64,000 bases of DNA from Okamejei kenojei (Eukaryota), in NCBI GenBank assembly GCA_035221665.1, contig CM069142.1:37200001-37264000 (forward strand), written 5' to 3'. The notes below the pieces were generated by a model, which was given only the letters and a program-made list of their open reading frames with translations, had not been told where the DNA came from and made no database searches. This document shows, in pieces, positions 1 through 11,720 of this stretch (position 1 is the first letter of the stretch; every line of letters starts with the position of its first letter). Made by a program: the position numbers and the translations under genes.

Positions 1-141
1 AACACTGTGCACCATTGTGCTGAACAGCTAGGGGTTAGGAACATGATGTTGATCCTTGCCCGCGCCTTGGCTCCCCCAGTTATGAATCGCCCCCAGGCTC
101 GGGGTGGGGTGGCTACCTGTGGGGGTCTGGTGTCAGGTACT

Positions 142-286
142 CCTCCTTCTTCTTCTTGCGTATGGCGTGCGCAGCCTAAGGTTGTAGGACAACTTATTCT
201 ATTTGACCTTATTTGATTGTGCACGCCAGGTTGACTGCATTCGTCGAAACAGGGCGGACCACGTGAAGGTTGCAATCTCCCGCCCC
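142..286 (-). mobile_element. ~140-bp short retroposon with 5' HDV-like ribozyme fold and (AAG)n tail, copy 1
   Basis: Near-identical to 9436-9576. Flanks gtgtcaggtact (130-141) and gtgtcaggggct (287-298) look like an imperfect TSD. Confidence 0.8.
233..286 (-). ncRNA. Putative HDV-like self-cleaving ribozyme
   Basis: Minus strand reads GGGGCGG ga GAUUGCA ACC UUCACGU GGU CCGCCCU g uuucga CGAA UGCAGUC. This gives P1 (with G-U at +1), P2, P3/L3, a minimal P4 and J4/2 CGAA. Confidence 0.72.
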
Positions 287-775
287 GTGTCAGGGGCTGA
301 GGGCACCGTTGCTGAGGAGCGGGGCCTGCCGCCATGGCGTGTGCAGTTGACAGACCTGCTCCGCGTGTTCATGGCGTGTGAACCAGGAATAAAGCGTATG
401 TTTGGAGGGTTTCCACAGAATGCTGTCCCGTTGCTCTGGGGGTGAGCTGTCACCTGCCATGTCTCCAAGTATGTGTCATGCGACTGCAAAGTGCCGGTAG
501 TCTCATCCAATTCCATTGTTCCCCTTTCTTAAATCTCTACTCCAGTTGTACATCTGTCAGAGTTTCCAGTAATACTATCAATTATCTCCACAACCCTGGA
601 AAGGTATATTCTGTACTCTGGTATCGTTCTCTTTGCGCTACCTGTCGTACTTCTGTAGAGCTTGATTGTACTCAAGGATGGTATGATCTGATTTAATTGG
701 ATAACACGCAAACAAAAAGTATTGCACTGCAACTCGGTGCACATGACAACAATAAACCAATGCCAATGCCAAGCT

Positions 776-1618
776 GGACACAAAAAGCTGCAGTAACTCA
801 GCGGGACAGGCAGCATCATTGGAGAGAAGGAATGGGTGACGTTTCGGGTCGAGACCCTTCTTCAGACTGATTAGGGATAAGGGAAACGAGAGATATAGAC
901 GGTGATGTGGAGAGATGAAGAATATCTGTTTGTACGGTGAAAATGATTAGCTAGTGCGACTTGGGTGGGGGAGGGATGGACACCTTCGCTCAGCTCGCGT
1001 GAACCAACCTGATATCCCGGTTGCCGGACACTTTAATTCTCCTTCCCATTCCTACAAAGACCTTTCTGTTCTCGGTCTCCTCCGTTGTCAGAGTGAGGCT
1101 CAACACAAATTGGAGGAACAGCATCTTATATGTTGCTTGGGCAGCTTACAGCCCAGTGGTATGAATATTGATTTCTCTCACTTCAGGTAACCCCGGTATT
1201 CCCCCTCTCTCTATCCCTCCCCCACCCAAGTCGCACTAGCTTCTCATTTTCACGCTACAAACAGCTTACAATGTCCCGTTTCCTTTATCATTGTTACATT
1301 TTTGCATATCTCTCATTCATTGTTCTTTATCTCTCCACATCACCATCTATATCTGGTGAAGAAGGGTCTCGACCCGAAACGTCGCCTATCTCCTTCGCTC
1401 CTTAGATGCTGCTGCACCCGCTGAGTTTCTCCAGCTTTTTGTGTACTCACCATCTATATCTCTTGTTTCCCTTATCCCTAACCAGTCTGAAGAAGGGTCT
1501 CGATCCGAAACGTCACCAATTCCTTCTCTCCAGAGATGCTGCCTGTCCCGCTGAGTTACTCCAGCTTTTTGCGTCTACCTTCGGTTTAAACCAGCTTCTG
1601 CAGCTCCTTCTTACACAT
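776..1618 (+). mobile_element. Penelope-like element remnant with inverted pseudo-LTRs and GIY-YIG C-terminal fragment
   Basis: ORF 954..1190 (PVAGHFNSPSHS..KLEEQHLI..LGSLQPSGMNIDF). Terminal repeats are inverted and carry the CTGAAGA..GAAAC motif. TSD caatgccaagct (764-775) / caataccaagct (1619-1630). Confidence 0.85.
1355..1446 (+). mobile_element. 92-bp solo pLTR/hammerhead module nested in a Penelope element
   Basis: Perfect 15-bp TSD tcaccatctatatct at 1340-1354 and 1447-1461. Confidence 0.85.
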
Positions 1619-1944
1619 CAATACCAAGCTCGTGGTTAGTGGGCCAGCGCTTGCTTCTCTCCTCACTTTCAAGAGAAAGCAGAACTCTATTCAATTCAGC
1701 GATGTCACACTTTGCATATTGGTGACTAGTAGTTGAAACTGGAATCTGCTTCCTTTCTCATTGTTTTCAAGTTCCTCTCTGAAATTCCCCGTATAATTAC
1801 AGCAGCTTCACCACTTGACCGTCATGCTTTTTGATTCCTTTACTCGAAACCTGTCCTTCCACGTTGCAGGCACATATTGCAACAGCTCTGATCTTCTGAA
1901 TTTATCATAATTTTCTCTAACCTCACATTCAATTCCACAAGGAC

Positions 1945-2375
1945 ATAAGTTACCCCTAATATGTAGGGAGTGGATGTAATAGTGGGATAACATTGAACTA
2001 GTGTGAACGGGTGATCGATGGTCGGCCGGTTGGGTGGTTGGAGGAGGAATTTGTCTGACCATGGTAATAGGCTGTAACCATGGGGTGGCACAGAGGTGCT
2101 AGAGCTGCTACCTCACAGCGCCAGAGACCCAGATTCAATCCTGATCTCTGTGTGGAGTTTGCATGTTCTCCCTGTGACTGCATGGTTTTCTCTGGGTGCT
2201 CCGGTTTCCTCCCACATTCCAAAGACAAGTGGGTTTGCACATTAATTGGCCGCTTTAAACAGCCCTTAATGTGCAGCGAGTGGCTGCAAAAGTGGGCTAG
2301 CCTAGAACTAATGTGATGGTCTGCATGTACTTGGTGGGCCGTGGGGTCTGTTTCAATGTTGTATCTTGCAAATCA
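1945..2375 (+). mobile_element. tRNA-derived SINE (HE1/V-SINE-like), a partial 3' piece followed by a fuller copy
   Basis: tRNA-like head (ggtggcacag..gattcaatcc) and V-SINE core gtgtggagtttgcatgttctccc..ggtttcctcccacattccaaagac. Confidence 0.8.
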
Positions 2376-2399
2376 ATTCGATAAAGTAAACCTTGGGGA

Positions 2400-4090
2400 T
2401 ATGAGAGACTGCAGATGCAGGAATATTGAGCAAAACCCAAAGTGCTGAAGGAACTCAGCAGGTCAGGCAGTATCTGTGGAAAGGATGGACAGGTAACGTT
2501 TCAGGTCAGGACCCTTCTGATTATAGTAGGGGGAGGAGAGCTAGAAAAGAGAGGTGGCGATGGGACAAAGCCTGGCAATTGATAGGTAGGTAAGGATTGG
2601 GGGCATTTAATTGGCAGATGGGAAATGACAGAGCTGAAATGGAAACTGACGATGTGAAAATAAGGCGTGAAATGAAAAGGGGATTTCCCCAGAAAAATGG
2701 GGAATTCAGAGATGGAGATGAGTATAGGAAGGAGGGGAAAGGAGCAGGTTGACTGGTGAGGGTGCCGGTCTTTTGGTTTGTTACGTTGAACATGCCTTGT
2801 TCCAAACATACCCCAGCACCATCCCCCTACCGTTTTCTCTGTTACATTGACAAATATATCGGGACCACCTCCTGCACCCAGTTAGAAAGCGCGGATTTCA
2901 TTATATTTACCCTTCTACCCTGCCCTTAAATTCACTTGAACTCCCTTTTCTCCCCTTTGAGGACACTTTTCTTCCCTTTCTTGACCCCTTTGTGACACTT
3001 TTCTCCCCTTTCTTGATTTCCCTGTCTCCATCACAGGGCTCAGATTTCTACGATCGAACCCACTGGGACACACAGCCACCATGACTCCACCTCCGCCAAA
3101 CATGCCTCTTGCATGGATTATTCTCAATTTCTGCGTCTCTGCCCCATCTGCTCCCAAGAAGAGGCTTTCCACTCTAAGAGCTCCAAGATGCCCACTGTCT
3201 TCAGTAAGCGTGGTTTGAATGGACCCTCACCCATGTCGCCTCTGTGACCAGCAGTTCTGCTCTCATGACTCTCCATCCAGACAGAGTTTCCCTGGTCCTT
3301 ACCTTTCACATCACAAGTCTCCGCATCCAACATGTCTTTCACAGACATTTTCACTGCTTCTATGGTGAAACCACCACAGGTCAGCATCTTCCCATCCCCA
3401 CTGTTTCCGCTTTCTACAGAGACCATCCCCTCCTCAATGTTTGGTTTGAATATCCCTTTCCACCTAATCCGTCCCCTCCCGAGGTACTTTCCCCCGCAAC
3501 TCCAGGGGACACCACCCCTCTCACTTCCATCCGAGGACCGCAGCAGCCCTTCCAGGTGAGACAGGGGATCTTAGGCACGTTTTTCAATCTTGTCTCTTGC
3601 ATCGGCGATGTGGCCTCCTTTACATCGGGGAGACCAAGCCGAAACTAGGTGACCGTTTTCTCAACACTTGCATTGTGTCTGCCAAGGCATGCGGGATCTC
3701 GCTGTTGTTAACCATTTTAACCCCCGTTTCTATTCCTATCCTGACCTTTCTGTTCTTGGTCTCCTTCATTGTCAGAGCGAGGCCACACACCCATTTTCCT
3801 TCCCCCTTTCTGACACCCTTCTGTCTCCTTTTCACCTCTAATCTTTGTCACATTTACCCAACCCATCCACCAGATGATGCTTGCTGTCCCGCTGAGTTAC
3901 TCCAGCTTTTTTGTGTCCATCTTCCATCTATTACTTTCCGGGCTTTCATCCAACCCCCTCTCTCTTTCCTCCAACCTCCCGCCGCGAAACGTCGCCTGTC
4001 CGTTCCCTGCCGAGACACTGCCGGGCCCGTGGAGTCGCTCCAGCAACCTCGCGTTTTGCGCAAGATCCCAGCATCTGCAAGTCCGCGCGT
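2400..4090 (+). mobile_element. Degenerate Penelope-like element
   Basis: Fragments IRGPQQPFQVRQ and RCGLLYIGETKPKLGDRF (GIY-YIG), with degenerate inverted pLTRs at both ends. Confidence 0.75.
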
Positions 4091-4329
4091 CTCCGGGCCG
4101 TGTCTCCCTCAGCAGGAAATCACCGAATGGAGATTGACAATGAGCGAGCTCATCATCAGGAGGGGAAGTTTTATTTTTCATGGGCGACGGGTCCAGTGGT
4201 CCACTTACACTGGTGGTGCAACACACACCTCTCACGCGTTAAATGCAAAGATACAGCGAAAGAACAGTCACACATTCCTAAGTAAACAATGTTACAATTA
4301 GAATAATTCCTAAAACATTCATTTTTAAG

Positions 4330-4700
4330 TTACTCAAGGAAATTGGGACGCCAGCCCCGCTGAAGGTTTACCTGAAAGGAAAGCGTGCGCTTTTGCTCTG
4401 CAGGACCTGTGCAATACTGTAGCGATGTTTGCCGTCCACCACCTGGTGGTGGATCACAGCTCCTCCCTTAGGGCACTGGGACATCTTTGTGCAGCGACGG
4501 CCTCTGTTCAACCGCACCCGGTGAAGGATCAACCTTGGCTGCGGCAGCGACTCGCTGCTGCCCGTGGTACTTGGCCACTGCCGCGTCCCTTGTTATATCA
4601 TCAACCAAGGGAAGATTTCACTCCAAACTCTTCCCCTTTAGGAATCGCGCACGGCATTGCATGTGACCGGCCGGGAAGTCATGGGGTTTCACTTCTGCTT
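4330..4700. promoter_or_regulatory. CpG-rich unique segment, possible promoter/5' UTR
   Basis: CpG density is visibly higher than in flanking intronic DNA and surrounds the candidate exon. ETS-like GGAAGT at ~4674. Confidence 0.4.
4372..4484 (-). CDS. Candidate first coding exon of an unidentified gene (MSQCPKGGAVIHHQVVDGKHRYSIAQVLQSKSARFPF.., phase 2)
   Basis: Non-repetitive, CpG-rich context. Start context acaaagATGt, with an open frame to a good donor CAG|GTAAAC at 4372/4371. Protein not recognised. Confidence 0.5.
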
Positions 4701-4830
4701 TTAATAAAACCCCATTTGCTTGACAGGTTCTTCATTTTTTTGAGCTCGGGCCTAAGGATTAAAGGCCAAGTTCTTGACCTCTAAATACACGTCAGCATAA
4801 TCTCCCTGTAAACGAGGAATGGTGTTCCCT

Positions 4831-6228
4831 CGGCTACACAAAAGGCTGGAGAAACTCAGCGGGTGCAGCAGCATCTAAGGAGCGAAGGAGATAGGCGACG
4901 TTTCGGGTCGAGACCCTTCTTCTGACTGGTCAGGGATCAGGGAGATATAGACGGTGATGTGGAGAGATAAAGAACAATGAATGAAAGATATGCAAAAAAG
5001 TATCGATGATAAAGGGAACAAGCCATTGTAAGCTGTTTGTAGTGTGAAAATGAGAAGCTGGTGCGACTAGGGTGGGGGAGAGAGAGAGAGAGAGGGAATG
5101 CCAGGGCCCGAGGGCTGAGGGAGAGGTGGGAAGGGGAGGAGATAACAAGGGTTAACAGAATTGAGAAAATTCAAAGTTCAAGCCCAAAGGATGCAGACTC
5201 CCCAAGCGGAATATGAGGTGCTGTTCCTCCAACTTGAGGTGTTGCTCACTCTGGCCGTGGAGGAGGCCCAGGACCAAGAGGTCGGATACGGAATGGGAGG
5301 GGGATTTGAAGTGCTGAGTGACCGGGTTGGTTTTTGCGGACCGAGCGGAGGTGTTCGGCGAAACGATTGCCAAGCCTCCGCCTGGTCTCACCGATATAGA
5401 TCATCTGGTATCTGGAGCAGCGGATGCAGTAGATGAGGTTGGAGGAGGTGCAGGTGAACCTCTGTCGGACCTGGAAGGACTGCTTGGGTCCCTGAAAGGA
5501 GTGGAGGGGGGAGGTGAAGGGACAAGTGTAGCATTTCTTGCGGTTGCAAGGGAAAGTGCCCGGGGAAGGGGTGGAGCGGGAGGGAAGGGAAGAATTGACA
5601 AGGGAGTTGCGGAGGGAGCGGTCTTTGCGGAAGGCAGGCGGGGGGAGATGGGAAGATGTGGCGAGTGGAGGGGTCACGTTGGAGGTGGTGAAACTGGCGG
5701 AGGACTATGTGTAGTATTTGCCGGCTGGTGGGGTGAAAGATGAGGACCAGGGGGACTCTGCCCTTGTTGCGAGTGGGGGAATGGGGAGAGAGGGCAGTGT
5801 TGCGGGGTATGGAGGAGACCCTGGTGCGAGCCTCATCTATAGTAGGGGAGGGGAATCCCCGTTCTCTGAAGAATGAGGCCATTTGTGATGCCCTGGTGTG
5901 GAACACCTCATCCTGGGAGCAGATGCGGTAGATGGAGGAATTTGGGAATAGGGGATGGAAGTCCTTACAGGAAGCAGGGTGGGAGGAAGAGTAGTCCAGG
6001 TAGCTGTGGGAGTCAGTTGGTTTGTCGTGGATGTCGGTCAGGAGTGTATCACCTGCACATCACCGTCTATATCTCTTGTTTCCCTGATCCCTGACCAGTC
6101 TGAAGAAGGGTCTCGACCCGAAACGTCGCCTATCTCCTTCGCTCCTTAGATTCTGCTGCACCCGCTGAATTTCTCCAGCTTTTTGTGTACCCTCGATTCT
6201 CCAGCATCTGCAGTTCCTTCTTTAACAC
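4831..6228 (-). mobile_element. Penelope-like element (RT C-terminus + GIY-YIG endonuclease, frameshifted) with inverted pLTRs
   Basis: ORFs 5152-5906 include NLIYCIRCSRYQMIYIGETRRRLGNRFAEH. Perfect 13-bp TSD aatggtgttccct at 4818-4830 and 6229-6241. Confidence 0.92.
6100..6127 (+). ncRNA. Minimal hammerhead ribozyme core in a Penelope pLTR (representative; also 838-865 -, 1487-1514 +, 25723-25750 -, 25764-25791 +, 42988-43015 +, 56635-56662 +)
   Basis: CUGAAGA + helix II GGGUC/GACCC + GAAA + palindromic ACGU + GUC site. Helix I is weak in this copy. Confidence 0.65.
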
Positions 6229-6344
6229 AATGGTGTTCCCTATCTGTGGGGTGGAGTCTCCCGCCCGGGGCTTTTTGAGTAATGATGAAGGAAACCAGAA
6301 TTCGTCATTCTGCGGTGAAACTCCTGGTCCACGTCTTCTGCCCT

Positions 6345-7915
6345 TTCTTTGTTGCACCTGATCATTAAGGCTGAGCAGGTGAGGAAAGTGGTGAGCAGAC
6401 TCTGCCCAGGAAAAGCCACTGGTCCCGATGATGCCCGTCAGTTGTGGGGAGTACTCCAGCATATGTTCAACAGGAGCCTGAGCATGGAGAGGGTTTCCTG
6501 TGATGTGGAAGACATCCTGCCTGGTTCCTGTAACAGAGATGACACGCCCCATCTCCCCCAATGACTATAGACCGGTGGTGCTGACTCCACACATCATGAA
6601 GTCCCTGGAGAGGCTGGTGCTCGCTCACCTGCGACCCCTGGCTAAACCCTATCAGGATCCCCTGCAGTTCGCTTACCAAACAAAGATGGGGGTTGAGGAC
6701 ACCATCATCCACCTGCTCCATCGTTCCTATGCTTATTTGGATAAGCCAGGAAGCACTGTGAGGGTCATGTTTTTTTACTTCTCCAGTGCTTTTAACGCCA
6801 TCCGGCCTGCACTGCTAGGGAGCAAACTGACGAAGAAGCAGGTGGATGCTCCATTGGTGTCCTGGATCACCAACTACCTGGCTGGACAACCACAATATGT
6901 CAGGCTACAGAACTGTGTATCGGACATGGGAGTGAGCAACACGGGCACCACAGGGGACGATCCTCTCTCCCTTCCTGCTCACCATGTACACCTCGGGCTT
7001 CAGATATAACTCTGACTCCTGCCGCCTGCACAAGTTTTTGGATGACTCTGCCATTGTGGGCTACATCAGTGAGGGCGAGGTGGGAGCTGAAGCTGAATAT
7101 AAAGGTGTAGTCAATGGCTTTGTTGAATGGTGTGGGCTGAATCACCTGCAGCTCAACACCGACAAGACTAAGGAGTTAGTGGTGGACTTTAGGAGGAGAG
7201 GAACACCCCTGTGCCCTGTCTCCATCAATGGTGGGGATGTGCAGTTTACCAGGGAGTACAAATACCTTGGAGTGTACGTGGACAGTGAACTGGACTGGTC
7301 CAGGAACGCTGAGGCCCTGTACAAGAAGGGACAGAGCCGGCTGTAGTTTTTGAGAAGGCTCTGCTCCTTCAACGTCTGCAGTAAGATGTTGCAGATGTTC
7401 TGCCAATCGGTGGTAGCCAGTGCCATCTTCTTCGCTGCCGTGTGCTGGGGCAGCAGGGCAAAGGCCGCGGACGCCAACAGGATTAACAAACTCATCAGGA
7501 AGGCTGGCTCTGTCCTGGGGGCGGAGTTGGATTTTTGGGAGGTGGTCCTGGAGGGGGGGATGCTCCTCAAACTGCAGAACATCCTGGACAATACAGCTCA
7601 CCCCCTCCATGACATACTAGTTAACCTGAGGAGTACCTTCAGCAACAGACTGATTCCACCAAGATGCAGTCCAGAACACCACAAGAGATCCTTCTTCCCT
7701 GTGACTATCGAACTGTACAACTCCTCCCCCTTCTATCGAGGGTAGACTGACTCCTCTCCACCCCAACCCCCCCCCTCCCAATCTTTGCTCATACCCAAGC
7801 CTTTCCACTCATCTCTTTAATTTCATGTTTCATGCATCTTGTGTATTTATGACTGTTGGCAGATCAGTTTCCCTCCTAGGATAAATAAAGTTCCACTGTA
7901 TTGTATCGTATCGTG
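6345..7915 (+). mobile_element. Rex1/Babar LINE, 5'-truncated, RT with frameshifts
   Basis: [46 protein letters not shown]; (GTATC)-like tail near 7900. Confidence 0.9.
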
Positions 7916-9435
7916 ATTACAGTAATTCTAATAAGGTTTCTCCCGCTTCTCGAGCCAAACCCTACATTAGCCCAGGGCCAACCCACTAAAGCATGACTTC
8001 TGCCGACGATCCAGTCACGCAATCATGCATGCAGCTGAGAGTTATTACTGTCCAGATAAAATCGCTCTGCCCTAAAATATTTCTGCTTCCCTGTTGGTCC
8101 GTGACCGTTCCATTCTTCCCCCCCACGCTGAGCAGCACAAAATGCTTAGCTATACTTCCCCCCCCGAATGGTATCCGTGTTAGTTATTAATGGTACTACA
8201 ATATTTTTTGAAATACATTCCTGGTGGTCAAACACATCTTCCGTAATTACTACAATAAAGTTTCAAGAGGAAATATAGTTTCAACGATGTCATGTTCACA
8301 ATGTGGTTAGTTGCACCAGTTCTCCCTTCACACACAGTTCAATGTGGCTGCCCTTTGCATTAAAAATAAATTGCTCTTTCTGAACACTTTTTTTCCAACG
8401 ACTGTTTTTGATCGATTGCACCTGCTTTCCCCATAACATTATGGATGCCACAGCTTGACTCTTAACAGGAAGGTCAGAACTTGAGTACCTCTCCTTCACA
8501 GACAGTCCGTTCAGAACTCTGCTTCTCTCAGGTATATCGCACACTTTGCTTCTGGAACTGTGCAACACATTGTGTGACTGTCTCCAGTCTGACCATCCAG
8601 CCCTGTCAATGTCCTACTCACCCACCTGGCCATACCCACCCACCTGCTGGTACTCTGTGTGGCCATACTTATGCAGGATGGGTAACATCAACAGGATGGG
8701 ACCTGGACTGGAGGACAAGTTGTAGCGAGAGATTGGATAGGCTGGGTTTGCCTTCCCTGCTGAAGGAGGCTGAAGGCTAACGATAGATGATTATATAATT
8801 AGGAGGGGCAGATAGTGAGAATCTTTTCCCATGGTAAGGTATCAAAAACAAGAAAGCATAGGTTTAGAGTGAGCCGAAGGAGTTTTAAAGGGTGTCTATG
8901 GGTTTTTGTTTTAACAGACGATAGGCGATATCTGGGAGCCAACCAGAAGAGGTGGTGGAATCCGATACAATTATTATGGTTAAGAGACATTTGGACAGGC
9001 GCTTAAATAGGCAATGATATAGTCCCAATGCGGGTAAATAGGACACATGTAGATGGACAGAGATCGACAGGATAGCTGTGGGTCAAAGGGTATGTTTCTG
9101 TGCTACATAACTCTATGGCTCAGAGTAATGCTCAAGTACCTTGCCAGTTCCAAAGACTCATCATGGATTTTAAATATCCACCGTGTTTCAAGTAATACTT
9201 TCCTTTGCATAATACACACTTTTATTTGTCTGGAATTGTTAAATTGTATTATTTTACAAATCGCTTCAGTTTTCCCTCTTTCATGTCTCCCAAAATTGTA
9301 TTTAATCACTTGTCTGTTCATGTCAAATATACAAATATTTGGCACAGATTTAATTCTCTTTCCAGAAGGTGTCTGTCTTCTTTATATTTATTTCCAATTA
9401 TTTGTGAGAACAAATTGATACTGTAGAGACCCAGT

Positions 9436-9576
9436 CTTCTTCTTCTTGCGTATGGCGTGCACAGCCTAAAGTTGTAGGACAACTTGTTCTATTTGATCTT
9501 ATTTGGTTGTGCATGCCGGGTTGATTGCATTCGTTGAAACAGGGCGGACCACGTGAAGGTTGCAATTTTCCACCCC
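9436..9576 (-). mobile_element. Same short retroposon, copy 2
   Basis: TSD tagagacccagt (9424-9435) / tagagaccctgt (9577-9588); (AAG)n tail. Confidence 0.82.
9523..9576 (-). ncRNA. Putative HDV-like ribozyme, second copy
   Basis: Same fold: P1 GGGGUGG/CCGCCCU, P2 AUUGCA/UGCAAU, L3 UUCACGU, CGAA. Confidence 0.68.
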
Positions 9577-9794
9577 TAGAGACCCTGTGAAATGATGAAA
9601 CTTACAGTAAAAACTTTTACTCTTAAAATCTCTTCCTGCTAGAATTTATCAATAGTAATACATCACGTATGCGTTTTCAATGGCGATCTCCAGGATTTTT
9701 CCAAAACGAAGATTTCTGAATAACCTTTTAACATTGAAGATGAACGTGGTTCGTAATGAAGGAAAGAGTACTTTTAACCTTAACCTCCTTTCCT

Positions 9795-11720
9795 GGGCTT
9801 GAATGCCATCACTTCCTACAAGGCGAAATCAGGAGGCAGCTCAAATGTCGGCAAAACATCACTCCCTGACGAGCTCAATGTGTTTTACGCATGCTTTGAT
9901 AGGGAGAACACTGATGTGCCTTCCTGAGCCCCCATTCACCATGATGGTATTTTGTCACAGTCACAGAGGCCAACATCAGAAAATCCTTCATTGGGGTGAA
10001 CCCTCGGAAAGCGTCTGGACCTGATGGTATACCTGGTCGTGTTCTGAAAACCTGTGCGGACCAATTGGCTGGAATTTTTACAGACATTTTTAACCTCTCA
10101 CTTCTGAAGTTCCCATCTGCTTTAAAGGGCATCAATAATACTGGTGCCCAAGAAGAGCAAGGTGACGTACCTCAATGACTATTGACCTGTGGCACTAACG
10201 CCTGCGGTGATTAAGTACTTTGAGAGGCTGATCATGGCACAAATCAACTCCTACCTCGACAAAAACCTGGACCCACTGCAGTTCGCTTACCACAACAGAT
10301 CAACGGTGGATGCAATCTCGCTGGCTCTCCACTCCGCTCTGGACCACTTGGACAATAAAAACTCATATGTCAGGCTGTTATTCATTGACTACAGCTCGGC
10401 ATTTAATACAATCATCCCCTCCAAGCTGGTTACCAAGCTCTCAGATCTGGGTCTCTGCACATCCCTCTATAATTGGATCCTCGACTTCCTCGTTCACAGA
10501 CCACAGACTGTCCGAATTGGTGGAAATGTGTCAGCCTCAATAACAATCAGCACGGAAGCACCTCAAGACTGTGTGTTCTGCCCCCTGCTGTACTCACTCT
10601 ATACTCATGACTGCATAGCCGGTCATAGCGCGAACTCCATCATCAAGTTCGCCGACAACACCACTGTTGTGGGACGTATCACTGATGGAGTGGAGTCAGA
10701 GTATAGAAGTGAGATCAAGTGACTGACCAAATGGTGCCAGCACAAAACCTGGCTCTCAACACCAGCAAAACCAAGGAGCTGATTGTGGACTTTGGAAAGG
10801 TAGGATGGGAATCCACAGACCCGTTTATATCAACGGGTCGATGGTTGAAAGAGTCAAGAGCTTCAAATTCCTGGGAGTGCATATTTCCGAAGATATCTCC
10901 TGGTCCCAGAACACTGATGCAATCATAAAGAAAGCACACCAGCGCCTCTACTTCCTAAGAAGATTACGGAGAGTCGGTATGTCGAGGATAACTCTCTTGA
11001 ACTTCTACAGGTGCACAGTAGAGAGCATGCTGACCGGTTGCATCGTGGCTTGGTTCGACAAATTGCACTTCAATTTAAATTGTTAAATATAAATTTAAAC
11101 AACCATCAATGAATGTTCATATATAATTTTATGTTTCTTCATAGTCTGCATAGCCACTTGCATAGGTTCTCCCCAGATTTAGACCAGCAAATGTATCCTT
11201 AAACGCTTTACTATCATCATCTTTTTCTGTTTTCTCATCCTCGTCATCCTCATCTTCATCATATTCCTCATCATCGTCACCATATTCTTCATCTTCATAA
11301 ACTGTTTCTGGAGTGGAAAAGACTGCAAAAAGTTGTAACCACTGCCCAGTCCATCATCGGCTCTGACCTCCCTACCATTGAGGAGATCTACCACAGTCGC
11401 TGCCTCAAAAAGGCTGGCAGCATCATCAAGGACCCACACACTCATCTCTCCGCTGCCTTCAGGTAGAAGGTACAGGAGCCTGAAATCTGCAACATCCAGG
11501 TTCAGGAACAGCCTCTTCCTTTCTGCCATCAGACTATTAAACTCAACTCAAACACAAATCTGAACTTTAAAAGCCTGTTGCACTTTATATGCTTATTTAT
11601 GTGTGTATATATATATATTCAATGGTATATGGATACACTGATCTGTTCTGTATTTATTTATGCCTACAATGTTCTGTTGTGCTGAAGCAAAGCAAGAATT
11701 TCATTGTCTTGAACGAACTC
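9795..11720 (+). mobile_element. Rex/Babar-type LINE, 5'-truncated, interrupted by a host-gene fragment
   Basis: [37 protein letters not shown]; paralogous to 43700-45410. Confidence 0.9.
11062..11308 (-). pseudogene. ZNF330: ZNF330/NOA36 C-terminal fragment plus 3' UTR-like sequence inserted in a LINE
   Basis: 11308-11129 translates [59 protein letters not shown]. This matches the recalled ZNF330 terminus (acidic tract, then [17 protein letters not shown]). Confidence 0.85.

Noticed and set aside
1808-1920. Possible second exon (ENYDKFRRSELLQYVPATWKDR) in phase with the 4372 donor
   Set aside because: The acceptor lacks a polypyrimidine tract, abuts a SINE and has no recognisable homology.
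4425-4784. 119-aa plus-strand ORF with upstream acceptor-like ttttgctctgcag and AATAAA at ~4703
   Set aside because: No recognisable protein. The minus-strand ATG/donor model explains the segment better, though neither is proven.
11179-11529. ORF with a Met/Lys/Arg-rich tract
   Set aside because: An out-of-frame reading of the ZNF330 acidic codons joined to antisense LINE sequence.
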